Source: Balanoglossus misakiensis (lineage: Eukaryota > Animalia > Hemichordata). From it: DNA of 64,000 nt. The DNA lies in the NCBI GenBank assembly GCA_040954595.2, contig CM082588.2:11917398-11981397 (forward strand), in the 5' to 3' direction. Positions 13,069 through 25,253 of the stretch are shown piece after piece (position 1 is the first letter of the stretch; each line of letters starts with the position of its first letter). The position numbers and the translations under genes are program-made. Under the pieces are notes generated by a model that saw only the letters and a list, made by a program, of their open reading frames with translations, was not told where the DNA came from and did not search any database.

Positions 13069-14008
13069 CTATGCTCGGTGGCTTTCTTCAGAAATGTCTC
13101 TATACGCGCGACTGTCTTCGTCGTAGGTGTATACATTCTTACCATGTTCGGTGGTGACAATAAGTTTGTCATAACTCAATCTTGCTTTCGCCGTCCCGTC
13201 CAGAGTGAGAACTTCTCGCCTCTTGACCAACAACTTGTTCCGGATTGTCCTCATTCTTGGTGAGAAGTCTTCGTCTATACTGATCGACGTTCCTTTCAGT
13301 TTGTAGGCACTGCGTAGTACAAGATCCTTGTCTTTAAAGAACGAGAACATGGCAACAATCAAGGGTGCTCCACGGACTGAGGTACCTGCAATTCTATGCA
13401 CTCGTTCGAATATTATGTCCTTGGCTATGCCTAGTTTGTCTTTGATCAGATCTTTCACAATATTCTCGGAGGTCTCCCAATCTTCGCGGGTGTCTTCTTG
13501 AGCAATGCCTCGGAATACAAGATTACATCTCCGGCTTCTATTGTCTCTGTCATCTCCTTGCTTTCGTAGTGTTTTTACTTCCTTCTTTAGTTCTTTAAAC
13601 TCGTCCGTACATTCCTTAATTCCATCCAGTGAGTGTTCAACAGCATCAATTCGCTGCGCATTTGCAATTGTGGTCTCACGTATGGCATGTAGCGTGTCTT
13701 CAATATTATCCATGCGAGTTTCTAAGGCAGCGAAACGGCGTTTCAGTTCTTTGGAGTCGTTTTTTTAGTTCCGATAATGAACTTATAATTGTATCTACGT
13801 CACTTCTTGTAATTTGTGACCGTGTATCAGGTCCGGGGTTTAGTTCTACGTTGCCACTCATGAACAATAGCATGAGAATGAGCCGGAGAGACGTGGCCGG
13901 TCCTGCGTAATTAGTATGCAGAAGTAAGACAAAAGGACTCCATGTTGTTTTCTGAGCACCAGTAAAGCCACCAATTCTTGCTCGATAAGCCTCCAACGAG
14001 ATGCCCAT
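13069..14008 (-). CDS. LINE ORF1 (2A-like leader, coiled coil, L1/Transposase_22-like RRM region); one +1 frameshift in the A7 run at 13760-13766
   Basis: ORFs 13706-14008 and 13069-13713 join by removing one A (LKNDSKELKRRFAALETRMDNIED). Motifs DNRSRRCNLVFRGI, FERVHR, LKGTSISIDEDFS are typical of LINE ORF1p. Confidence 0.88.
13829..13895 (-). other. 2A-like (StopGo) peptide LRLILMLLFMSGNVELNPGP
   Basis: Hydrophobic helix followed by G-N-V-E-L-N-P-G-P, one residue off the canonical D(V/I)ExNPGP. Confidence 0.8.
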
Positions 14009-14977
14009 GATTGAGGCAGTTCCGTGAGACGTATGACAAAGTACTTACAAAAGTCCAGAAGAAGTTTGGGTGGTAAAGACTGTTTTCAACCGGACAAAAA
14101 CTTCGTGCAGAACAGGAGTGACACGTAGCCGATGGTGCATCAACGAAGCGCCCTCTCTCCCTATAATACATACAATCATGGGACAAGAATGGCAACAGTT
14201 AAATTATCCAGCAGGTGTTTGAATTATGCAAATTAGAGCAGTTGTCTAATATTGCCATGTCAACCATGTTGAAATTGTTTTAGGTACCCATATTAATGAA
14301 AACCCTGCAAATTCGATATTACACACCATTTAAGACAAATATGGGAAATCAACATGTTAGAGAAATTTGGCGGCCATTTTGGATTATGCAAATTAGAACA
14401 GTTGTCTAATATTGCCATGTCAACCATGTTGAAATTGTTTTAGGTACCCAGGAGAGTTGAATGAAAATGCCATTTGCAATGCAGTTGTCTTGTTTTGGGT
14501 GCCCATATTAAGGCATTCTTGAAAACGAAACATTATTCATCATTTTGACGCAAACAGAAAAGGTGTTCAAATGCAAATTAGAAGAGTTGCCCAACCCTGC
14601 CATATTTGCAATACAGTTGTAGTGACTGTCAACTCGACTACTGACAGTCTCGATGAACACAAGACATGATCCCAATTTGCAAGCTGAGTTGAAACTGACT
14701 GCTGCAGTAACTTAGCTGTGGGAATGTCTTGTGTGATTTAAAACAATGATGACCAAATTTAACACAGTTTCTCTGAGGTAACCATTTAGCTTTCATGACT
14801 AAGTTTGTTTAAGAATCCTTTATTCTACCCAAGGAACAAATTTCCTTAGAATTTCACAACTGAGACACAGTTTACAGATATACAAAAAGTGCGTACTACA
14901 AACATAAGAAATTGTTTGCATTTTTTTTCTGATGGCAATGCATTTGACTGTAAACAGACATTGACGTCCTTTAGTAA

Positions 14978-15808
14978 GGGACTGTTCAGTTTTGGTGGAG
15001 GGGGGGGGGGGGGGCCAAAAGTTTGTGTCATTGGTTTTCAAAATCAGGCCGACACCCCCTTCAACCAGGACCAAAAAAATGATGACCCCCCCCCCCCTTT
15101 GACAGGACCAAAATATGATGACCCTCCTCCCACCCCGAAAACATTCGCCATCCTTATCTTATGTACACTGACTGTATGCAATAAAGGTAAAGGGTCTCCT
15201 CACACCTCAATTCTAAATTTCTTAAAGAAATTTATAATTTGAAGTGTATAATAGTATAGCGTTGCAATAAAGAAGGTCTATGGATAAATTAAAAGGACAC
15301 GTCAATACAATAGTTGGTAGAATTGGTAAAACAAGAAAAGTGGAAGGGGTGGGTGTACGTAGGACAATTTTGTAAAATACAATTAATGCATTTCAATGAA
15401 CTCAAAGGCAAATTAACTTAATGTTGGGGAGGACAAATTTGACTTTTGCCACTCAAAGTTAACATCAGTGGGGGTGGGATGGCAAGTATTCTGCCCTGGT
15501 ACACTATATGTGGCGACGAAATAAGGGGATGGGTGTGGGAGGGGATGTCCCCCTTCCACATAAGAAAACTTTGTAAAATATGTAGCTCAAAGTTGCATTT
15601 TAATGAAGTCAAAAGCAAATTATCTCAATGTTTGAAAGGACCAATTTTACTGTTGCCACTCCACTCAAAGTTAGCATCGGTGGGTACATGTATATGACCT
15701 CCCCCCTAAACGTTTGAAAAAAAGATGACTCCCTCTTTTGGATTTCAAAATTTAAGTGACCCCCTGGATTTTGCCAGCCTCCCCCCACCGTAAAAACTGA
15801 ATGGTCCC
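14978..15808. mobile_element. PIF/Harbinger-type MITE, 831 bp
   Basis: TIRs gggactgttcagtttt / aaaactgaatggtccc; TAA on both sides (14975-77, 15809-11); absent at paralogous sites near 31935 and 39285. Confidence 0.8.
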
Positions 15809-16936
15809 TAAGCGCTATTTTGTCAGTGAAATGGCTCCATTATTATCCCTCCAACCATAGTTGAAACGGAGTTAAATATGTACAGCTTGAAATCATAAAA
15901 TGTTGCAAAATTGAACCAAGAGTTTGGTCAATGATCAAGTTCTTACAGCTATTACTAGAACCATACAGTCTCAGCGAACAAGAGACATTGGTCCGATTTG
16001 CAAGCCGAGTTGGAACTGACTTTGCCTGCACACAGATGTGCCAATTTCAGCGAATCTTATCGTATTTAAAAATGAATATGGAGAATTGTTATCTGTGTTC
16101 CTATTGCTAGCCTACATACATGTAGCTGTTGTCATTCTAGTGTTTTTTTTTCTGTATACCAAAATTGCCACACTGTTTGAGATACTTTTATCAAATGTTA
16201 TGTGATACTATATCAGCCTGTTTTGGGGATCTTGACAATGACATATATTAGACTTTTCATACACAGCATGAGGTAGAATTTCAGAAACGATTAGGTAATA
16301 AGACTGCATATCTCATAGGAAATAATCACTTTAGAAGTATTACGATAAAAAAAATCATTTCACTCTTATTGGGAGCATACATTTGTAAAACATACATACA
16401 GACATGAATACAGACATAGAGAGATCAAGGTGTATACGATTTTCAGTGGGGGAGGGGTCCTCCTTAATTGCAAACAACTATGTAATGGTAATTTCCCTTT
16501 TATAATAACAATTTTTGAGGTATAAGGAAAAAATATCAAACAAAATAAACAAAAAAACTAATTCAGCTATGATTTGATTCAATTATCATTCTAAAGAAGC
16601 ACATATCATTAACTCACAACTAAACTTTTAAAGTGATCAACCATGCACTTTCTGAGAATTTTTTTTATGCCCCCAAAATACAATGTTTTCATTTTCAGAA
16701 CATTTATGATATATCACAGTAAAAAAATCCCCTGGAAACTGCAAAACAAAAAATTGCAAAGCAATCAAACAAAAATGGCAAAAATTGTCCACAAAAACTA
16801 TATTGACACTTCCATCATAGGATTTGTTAAAATGTCGTGATAACACACCTAGGAACCTGCAAACCAAATTTCAAAGAACTGTGAGTAGAGGTTTTTGAGT
16901 ATTTGACCAAAATCACCCCAAAAATATACTTCAAAC

Positions 16937-19211
16937 CAGATATTAACTGAATATGCTCACGTGCAGTACTGTGATTGGTTGACAGAATAACAAGATTAGA
17001 AAAACCAGTGTTAAACCAATTTGGTTTATAGTGTATATGGTGTAAGGGTTGTGTGTTGCACCATTGTGAAATGTAAACATGTTTGTGGAATTGTTGCCTT
17101 GTCAATTTTTGTAAGGGGTTATGAGTCATGTACCCCATCCTGAACTGCATAAAAAGATAAGTCTATGGAATTCTAAAACTCGTTGATCAAAAATGGCAAG
17201 AAATATACCAAAAAGTATGAATATTTCACCAGATTTCAACAAATCTGATTTCTGTTCATGCCTAAGAACCTCTTTAACAAGTTTCAATAAGGAAGACATT
17301 TTGGCAAACAACAGGTAATTCAGACAAATCTGACTGATATCACATATATGAATTCCCATTCAAAGTTTCCAATCAATTGGACTTGTGGTTTTACTGAAGA
17401 CTATTTGGCCAAACCCTGCAGAATTCCCAAAAAATACAATTATGCAAATTTCTTTACAATTTGATCATATCTGACTGAGATCACCCCTAGAAACCCAAAT
17501 ACAAAGTATCAAAACAATTGCACTTACAGTTTCACGGGATTTGATTTTTTGACAAAAACAGGAAATATTGCCCAAAAATGCATTTTTGCAAATTTCACCA
17601 CCGTTTGCACAAATGTGATTCAGGTAAGCCCTATGAACCTCCATACCAAGTTTCCAATCAATTGGACATGTAATTTCAGAGAAGAATTTTTTTTTACAAA
17701 ACTGCAGAAAATTCCCCCAAAATTCATAAAAAATAGCAAACGCCAGATACTGACTCCACCTGAACAAAATCATACGAGGTCTTCCCATAGTACTTGCACA
17801 CCAATGCACGCCAATTTTTAACTGAATCTGATCCGCTGTTATTAAGTTTTTCAATTTTGACTATTTGAACATTTTTCCAGTTAATACCAGTATGCATTTT
17901 TTCGCAATAACAATTTCTATGTACACACTAAATATCAGTAGTTTCAAGTTTTTGATGTTGATGGACATACACATACATACATCAATACATTTAGACGAAA
18001 CTGATCCATTCGCAAAATACATAATTCTGTATGAGGCACACATACAGACATACATAGACGACGGACACCAACTTATGCTATAAGCTGACATTGATATACA
18101 TGTTAGCCAAAAACCAAAATCAACCTCAAAATAGACATTAAAATATATTGCACCACCATGAGAAGACAAATTCATTTTTCGACAAATTTTCTGGGGCGTC
18201 ATTGATATAGCATGGCATATTGTCAAAGTACGTAGTCTCTGTGATAAGATTCCATACACACAAAATGGTAACCTTGGAAGTCCAGCTGACGTAGTTATGC
18301 AATGGCGTCTCGTGTATTCCGTCGCCAAAAAATCATCGTAAAATTGATAGTCGGGGTCACAATTCAAGACGACTTTCTCTAAATTCTTTATGAATGGATT
18401 AAATCGAAATCGAAATGTTGACGTATGACGTACGGAATGAGATCTGAACAGACATTCAATGTTATCATTCTCGCTCGATCACATATTGGGTAAGCCATCT
18501 AGCAATCGCTATATAGTATTGGCGATAACAGACTGTCTATAAACTCACAAAACGGATTTTACTGTTGAGTGTGATCAACCGCCACGTTATTTTTCTCTAA
18601 ACAATAGACAAATAGAAAGCCTGGTGACATTTTGAGATTGACTGCGTGAGGACCACAATATGCGTGAATCATTTACGGTTTGTCTTGATGAATGGGTCAC
18701 GTCATAGTCATAACGCGGATTCGGCTGCACGCCAACTATCCGCCATATTGTCTCCACTAACTTACTCGTAAGTAGTTTCAAACTTCATTTGAAAAGAGTA
18801 TTCGTCTGACGGTCCTGTAGATTAACAATTTACGCTCTATGAAGCAACTAAACAACGTTAGCTTCCTTGTGGATTCACGTAGGGAAGTTATTCGTAACGA
18901 CGGGTACAACGTCTGAGCATGGACAGAACCACGGCAATATCGCCAGGAATGTCTCATTTCACAGCGCCCTCAAACAGTCGATCTCCTCAAACTATCGTTT
19001 CCACTGGTCATATATGCGGCATTAACGAAAGCTCACATAGACAACCATGTAATAGAAAAATTAAAACTTAAATAACTTCATTAATATCAAAGCCACACCC
19101 ACCAAAACCTTTTCAGTTCTTGCCATATGATATCTGAACCTGTGTACTAAATTTGGTTGAAATCGGTTCAGCCGTTCTTGAGATATCGGGTATACAGACA
19201 GACACACACAC

Positions 19212-19242
<31 letters not shown>

Positions 19243-19287
19243 GACATCGCTAAACCATAAGCTCACGTGATTTTCACGTGAGCTAAA
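16937..19287 (+). mobile_element. Composite Helentron-associated non-autonomous (HINE/DINE-like) insertion, probably nested
   Basis: Absent from the right arm (38195-38210 reads through an A/T run). Ends with a (CA/CATA)n microsatellite, perfect hairpin agctcacgtga-ttt-tcacgtgagct (19260-19284) and an A run. A second hairpin-plus-A-run end lies at ~18083-18112. Confidence 0.65.
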
Positions 19288-20039
19288 AATGAAAAAAAAT
19301 CCATGAGGTCTCAAAATGAATACACACCAATTTCTAAAGCAATTTGACCAGTTTCCACCAATTTCACATTGGTCCCAGTGGTAGATAGACATATACGAAA
19401 TGGGAACCAAAGAATAAAACAGATTTCAAAGATTTAACACATCTTTTTCCTCAAGATTGTTTTTCAACTCTTCTCCACATCCTTCAAAATCGCCACCATA
19501 AAGCCATATTACTTGTAGTGCTTATGTTTGTCATATCTAGGTGATGCATACCACTATAGATGTGTACCCTTTGTATAGAGGCAGATTAAACAGGTGTGGT
19601 ACCTGTTAAATATCTGACTTCTTTAAATTACAGCCACAATCGTCTGTCAACAAGATGTTCATGTAGATGTTTACCTAGCAGTAAGCTTATTTAGATTGAC
19701 AAATCTTAGATGAAAATAATGAAAAAGTGGCACAACCCTTAGGGCTTTAACTAGCAGCTTTATGCCAGATGAGTTCGAGTCTAACGATGTAATGTTGACA
19801 TTAAGGTTTCATTGAAATAACTTGGGAACCTCTCTACTATTTGAAGCACCAAAGCTGTGAAAAACTTCCTTCTTTCCCTGAGTTTTTTATGAATATGTTC
19901 TAATCTGGGACAAAAAGTTGTTGCCAAGTGTCTTGACCCCTTTACCAAATGTCAGGGACCGGATTTTTTTCAGCAAAATTTCAAATAACCTTGGCTGATT
20001 TTTTACCTACTTTCACATATTTGGTAGCATGAAACAAAG

Positions 20040-21240
20040 TATGGCTTCCAGAAGGGTTATAGATACAGTGTTTTGTAATAACAAGAATTAACATGAAACT
20101 ATAATTTCATGGTTAATTTAGGACCGCCTTAATCTATGGTAACGTCATTAAACATTTGCATATCTAATTGTAGGCTATCCAGTGGAGGGAGAAACCTAAA
20201 CATGGACAACATTGGCGTCAAAATTGTTTGACAGAACTTTGGGTGACTTTGGGTAAACCTTGACCAACATTACTATATCTTGGCATCCAGAGCAGATGTA
20301 ACCTTGACACTTGGAGTGATGGAAATGCATAATGGAGTATTATGTCTCAGCTAGTCACAGTGCTTTTGCTGTGTTTTATGTCTTTTATTCAGCCAAATTA
20401 GATGTTTTTTATTACACATTGGCTGTGTTTGCCAGTACTTTTTAGCTGGTCACACTGCCTTAAGACAATGTATTCTCAAAATACCATGCAATCATTATGA
20501 AGCATATACAGCAGACAAAGTTATGGTATGACTGAACTTGCCCTTCTTTGTGACTAAAGCATGACCGGCCTGTCTTAGGTGGCCCCTACCTAGGGGCTTT
20601 ACCCGTCATTGGCTCACAGTCTGAGAAATCAGCTCTGCAGGGAAGTTAACGATGTAACCCACCATTAAAGCTTGGATTTCCGCTTTTTGTATCTGATGCC
20701 TGGCTGAGGCCTTCTTAGGATCTACCCAACGCTGAGTAGGCTATCCCGTCATTGGCACACAGTCTCAGGGAGGGAGTCAAAAGTTCAGTATACCAGCAAA
20801 GCCTTTATATTGTCCATTCTTTTTAAGAGAAGGCTGGCTGCTGTAGAAAAATGTTGATCTCAAATGTATCATGTCCAAAAAAAGGCAGACTTCCAGCCCT
20901 ATTGGTTAGGCTGGCATTAGGTATGTACATAATTAATGAGGCAAGACATAATATTCCATTACATAGTTCCATAACTCCAAGTGTCAAGGATGTATCTGTG
21001 CCGGATGCCAAGATATAGGAATGTAGGTCAAAGTTTACCCAAGATCACCCAAAAGTTTGTCAAAAGATTTTGACCCCAGAGTTGTCCATGTCCAGGTTAC
21101 CACATCCACTAGAATAAGATATGCACATATTTAATGAGGTTACCATAGCTCAAGGGGGTCTTTAATTAACCATCAACATTTAGTTTCATATTAATGCATG
21201 TTAATATAATACACTGTATCTATAACCCTACTGGTAAGCC
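20040..21240. repeat. Foldback module: ~290-bp inverted repeats (20040-20330, 20965-21240) around a ~630-bp core; mirror copy at 36260-37450
   Basis: ttggcatccagagcagatgtaaccttgacacttggag (~20280-20316) is the inverse of ctccaagtgtcaaggatgtatctgtgccggatgccaa (~20975-21011), and the match continues outward. Confidence 0.85.
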
Positions 21241-24200
21241 TAGAATTAGGTACATGCGAAAGTTTTTGACAAGATAGATAAGTTGTAAAATATGTACATG
21301 AACCTGACAATTGACTTAAAATAACATAAGGCAGACTTGATACTTATCGGAGATAGATACTAATAACAACAGTGATGTTAATTACACCGGGAATGTTTGT
21401 CTTATTATAGCTACATGTAAAAGACTGCTTGAGGTAATGTAATTAAAGTGACCACTTGCGATTCACCTTCAAAGTGCTATGCAAGTCTACGGTACATTGT
21501 TTTTCCAATGATTGGACAAAGGATATTCATAATGTGTAATTAAGGCTGGATAGCATTTTCAATGTAATAAGCCCTGCCTTCACTATAATCTTACGCCAAA
21601 TCAACATTGTTCAGTTTATGTTAATAATTTCACTAAGGGACACTTGTTACATCAAATTTCCCAGCAAGGGGTGTCAGATTATTGGGCAAGTGGCATGCAT
21701 GACACTAGACGATACTTTTGGAAGCAAAGCGGACAGAACACGGCTGGATATAGACTAGGTAATTCTAAATGTGACCATGAACTGTACCACAGACTCTGTA
21801 TTGTATGTTTCTGAAGAATCCCATTTAACCCAGACATCAACATACTTCAACCTTGTAAGAAGTAGAACATACATGATTTACTAGTAAATATTTGCTAGGT
21901 TATTACACACTTTGGATTACACAAAAATAGGTGTGTACACCGCTGTGACATTGCCAAGCAGATATGACCTACCAGGTAACCTAATACAATTTCACAGGAA
22001 TCGGAGTATTTTCAGTGAAAACAACATTTCTTCAACAATGACAAAAACTGCCTCAACCACAAAAATTCAGATATCAACAAATCCAACAATATCTCACTAC
22101 AATCACCACAAGGAACATGCCTACCAAAATTGAAAGCAATTTGACATGCGGTTTCAAAGAATACAAATTGCAAAAATTGCCTCAAGACCACAAATATGCA
22201 AATTTCACCAAAATGATATACAACATTACTTGGGTTACCTCATGGAACAAGCAAACCAAAATTTAAATGCAACCTGACCTGACATGGAGTTTCAGAGAAA
22301 ATGATTTTTGACCAAAAATGACAAAATTATATTTCCCAAAAATTACAAATTTTGCCACAATTTAAACAATACTAACAAAGATTACCTATAGGAAATACCA
22401 TACTAAATTCTAGATACAATTCACGATATTAGCTGAAAGTATATCAGGCGTGACATAAGCTACATGCATACAAATGTTCAAAGCAATCTTACCAATTGTT
22501 GAGTTTCTGAGTTTTGATCAATTTCACATTGCTCCAGGTAATTAGCATATTTCATTTGAACAGGCGTGCCTGCATCTAAAAACCCAATATCAAGACTTAC
22601 CACACAGACTCTGTATTGTATGTTTCTGGAGTAATCAAATAAAACCAATCATGAAAATACTTCAACCTTCTTAATATGAACAAAATCCTATTTACAGGCT
22701 GGCCTGCATCTACACACCAAATATCAAGGGGATACGCGAAGGGGTTTTCAAGTTTTTGATGTGGACAGACATACATACATCCATACATACTACATACACA
22801 CATACAGAGGCAACTGACTGGTCAGAAGGCATGAGCAAAAATGCAGGAAATCAATGTTGTGACACTGGTAGTAGGCCTTAATGTATACAATATCAAGACA
22901 GTTTATTTAACATGAAGTTTGATATGTTCATAATCATTCAGAGCTAAGCATATTTTGAAATTGTAAAATTAATATCAATCACATGAAAACTGACAGCATG
23001 CTTTCATTTGGGAATTTAGGTATTGTAATTAACACTAACAGTCATGAAACTATTGAATCGTCAATAAAATCATACAGTAGAAATTAATGGGTTTTCTATT
23101 TATATGCGATGTGAAAATGCAACTTGTGGTCCTTCGGCCAGTAAGAGGCATCAGATAATATTGTAAGACCCAGTTGCCCAATTGATTAGACCTACATGTA
23201 TGCGCTGTGTGAAGCGCAAGTTATGGCAACTGAATTCACAGGACACTGAAGAAAGTGGAATCACTCAAGGTACATATGTATACATGTAGGCTAACAATCA
23301 CAACACAGAGAATAGTTCTCCATATTCATTTTTAATACGATAAGATTCACTGAATTGGCGCATCCATGGGCAGGCAAGGTTAGTTCCAACTCAGTTTGCA
23401 AATCAGGCCCATGTATCTTGTTCCCTGAGACTGTCTGCTTCTAATAATAGCTGTAAGAACATAATCGTTGACCGAATGGTTGGTTCAATTTTGCAACATT
23501 TTATGATTTCAAGCTGTGCAATATTTGCAACTCAGTTTCAACTTTGGTTGGAGGGATGATGATGAAGCAATTTCACTGACAAAATAGCACTACTAATTGA
23601 CGTCAATATTTGTTCAAAGTTAAATGCATTGCCATCAGAAAAATGTATACGAAAAGTTTCGTATGTGAATAATAACACTTTTTCGCATAACTGCAAACCC
23701 TGTCACAGTTGTGAAATTCTAAGAAAATTCATTCATTAGGTAGAATTCGTGCATTATGAATTCTTAAACAAACTTAGTCATGAAACCTAAATGGTTACCT
23801 TACACATGTGGAGGCTCGACTTCTGTGATATGATAGTCTTTAATTAATGTGTATGTGATTCCATACAAATCCATATGATTACCTGAACATACAAAATAAA
23901 TTAAAAATAAATACATAAATTAAAAATAAATAAGTATCTCATACATATGCATAAGTGCTTGTGAGAAATATATCATATATCTAAATAAATCTGTCATTTA
24001 TTGACCTCATTTTCCCAGTAAACCAAAGGACTAAATTGCACTTTAATATTACAGCTTCATTTCAATGCAACAGGTACACTACATCATAAGGGAACAAATA
24101 TGCCAGCTCAACATTTATATAAACAGTGTCAAAATATAAGTGGCTACAAAAGCTTGTGTCCCTTCAATCCATTCTCCCACTCAGGTCAAACGTGTTACAT

Positions 24201-24499
24201 ATTAAAATTGCAATGTGCATAATATACATTTAGTCTTTTGTAAATTCAGACTGAGAAAATATGACTGATAAACATTATCTGGCACATGTTGGTGAATGGC
24301 TGGCGTTGATGTTGTGGGTTGAAATCCGAACTATGATTATCGCGGGTACAAATCACATTTATTTTCTCAGAGACAACGCGTTTGCAACTTCGGGACAGAA
24401 AGGTGAAAACGAACGTCATTAGTTCTTGGGAAAAAACTCAGAAATCAATTTCGGTGAGGTCAAATGTGTTCCAAAGGCAAACCGTTTCTGGTAAACAAA

Positions 24500-24722
24500 T
24501 CAATGGCAAATAGTTACTTCGGCGACTTACCAATCAATCAACATGGCTGCCAAATCGTTGGATATCCCGGTTTCATCTCGCGATCATTCTATCTTCCGAT
24601 ATGGCGTTGCTTGGTTAAATTCGTCTCTTCTTTGCCGACATAGTCGGGCGACAGCGGTCCAGAAGCATATACAGCGACGCCATCTTGTTTACAATGTGAA
24701 GTATCAACTGCGCATGCTCAAT
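24500..24722 (-). promoter_or_regulatory. CpG-rich promoter/first-exon-like segment at the inner end of the left arm (mirror at 31037-31240, +)
   Basis: NRF1-like tgcgcatgctca, YY1-like aagatggcg and aacatggctgcc, a CCAAT motif, and a downstream donor gattg|gtaagt (gtatgt in the mirror). Motif-based only. Confidence 0.4.
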
Positions 24723-25253
24723 GGTTGTTGATTGGAAAGTGGGCAGAGCCTGCAAGATCCAGGGTTCGCTTGACCGGCCAAACGCGGTTATTCTCCCTGG
24801 ACCAAATCATTTAAGCGTCAGGCGTAATACATCACATAATTGACTGGAAAACTAAACAGTCTTCCACCTATATATCAACACAGTTTATTAAACCAGCACC
24901 CGCGCAAATATTTACAAGTATATGATTAAAATTGATCAAATCATTAATCGCACGGTTACAGCTGTCATAGTTTCTAATAATATTATTCACTGGTAGCGCT
25001 GACATACCATGTTGAAACTTGTCGCGGAAAACAAGATAATTGATCTTACGGTGTCATTTGTTTTTAAAAAGTGCTTAATAACTATTGATCCCATTGATAT
25101 ATTTTTCCATATTTATATATTTTTCGCAAATTTTGACTGCTTGGGCTACTAATAGCATGGTGATCACAATGGATTTACCACCTCCCAGCTGCGTTATAAA
25201 AGAATGCCTATTCTGTGGACACTAGCCTCATCGAAGACCGAACGTGTTCATCG

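Larger units (their letters stand above)
9502..14161 (-). mobile_element. Full-length APE-type non-LTR retrotransposon (CR1/L2-group LINE), ~4.66 kb
   Basis: 5' UTR, ORF1, ORF2 (endonuclease + RT), short 3' UTR ending AATAAA-(TCATA)n. Candidate 5-bp TSD TATAA at 9497-9501 and 14162-14166. Empty site visible in the right arm at ~40595-40620 (catgattatatgtgtaatatctcat). Confidence 0.93.
8880..24722 (-). repeat. Left arm of a large inverted duplication
   Basis: Collinear reverse-complement matches to the right arm: 8880-9480/40610-41155, 14165-14975/39290-40605, 15812-16140/38975-39285, 16780-16936/38205-38400, 19290-21760/35720-38200, 21760-22800/33170-34220, 23280-24170/31375-32250, 24400-24722/31037-31360. 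Confidence 0.93.

Noticed and set aside
12194-13766. Programmed -1 frameshifting at the A7 runs
   Set aside because: Both need a +1 correction, not -1; homopolymer indels are simpler.
20567-20768. SECIS, hammerhead or canonical H/ACA snoRNA assignment for the duplicated hairpin motif
   Set aside because: ATGA-to-AAA spacing is too short for SECIS, there is no CUGANGA/GAAA core, and the hairpins are ~80 nt apart with no well-placed H and ACA boxes.
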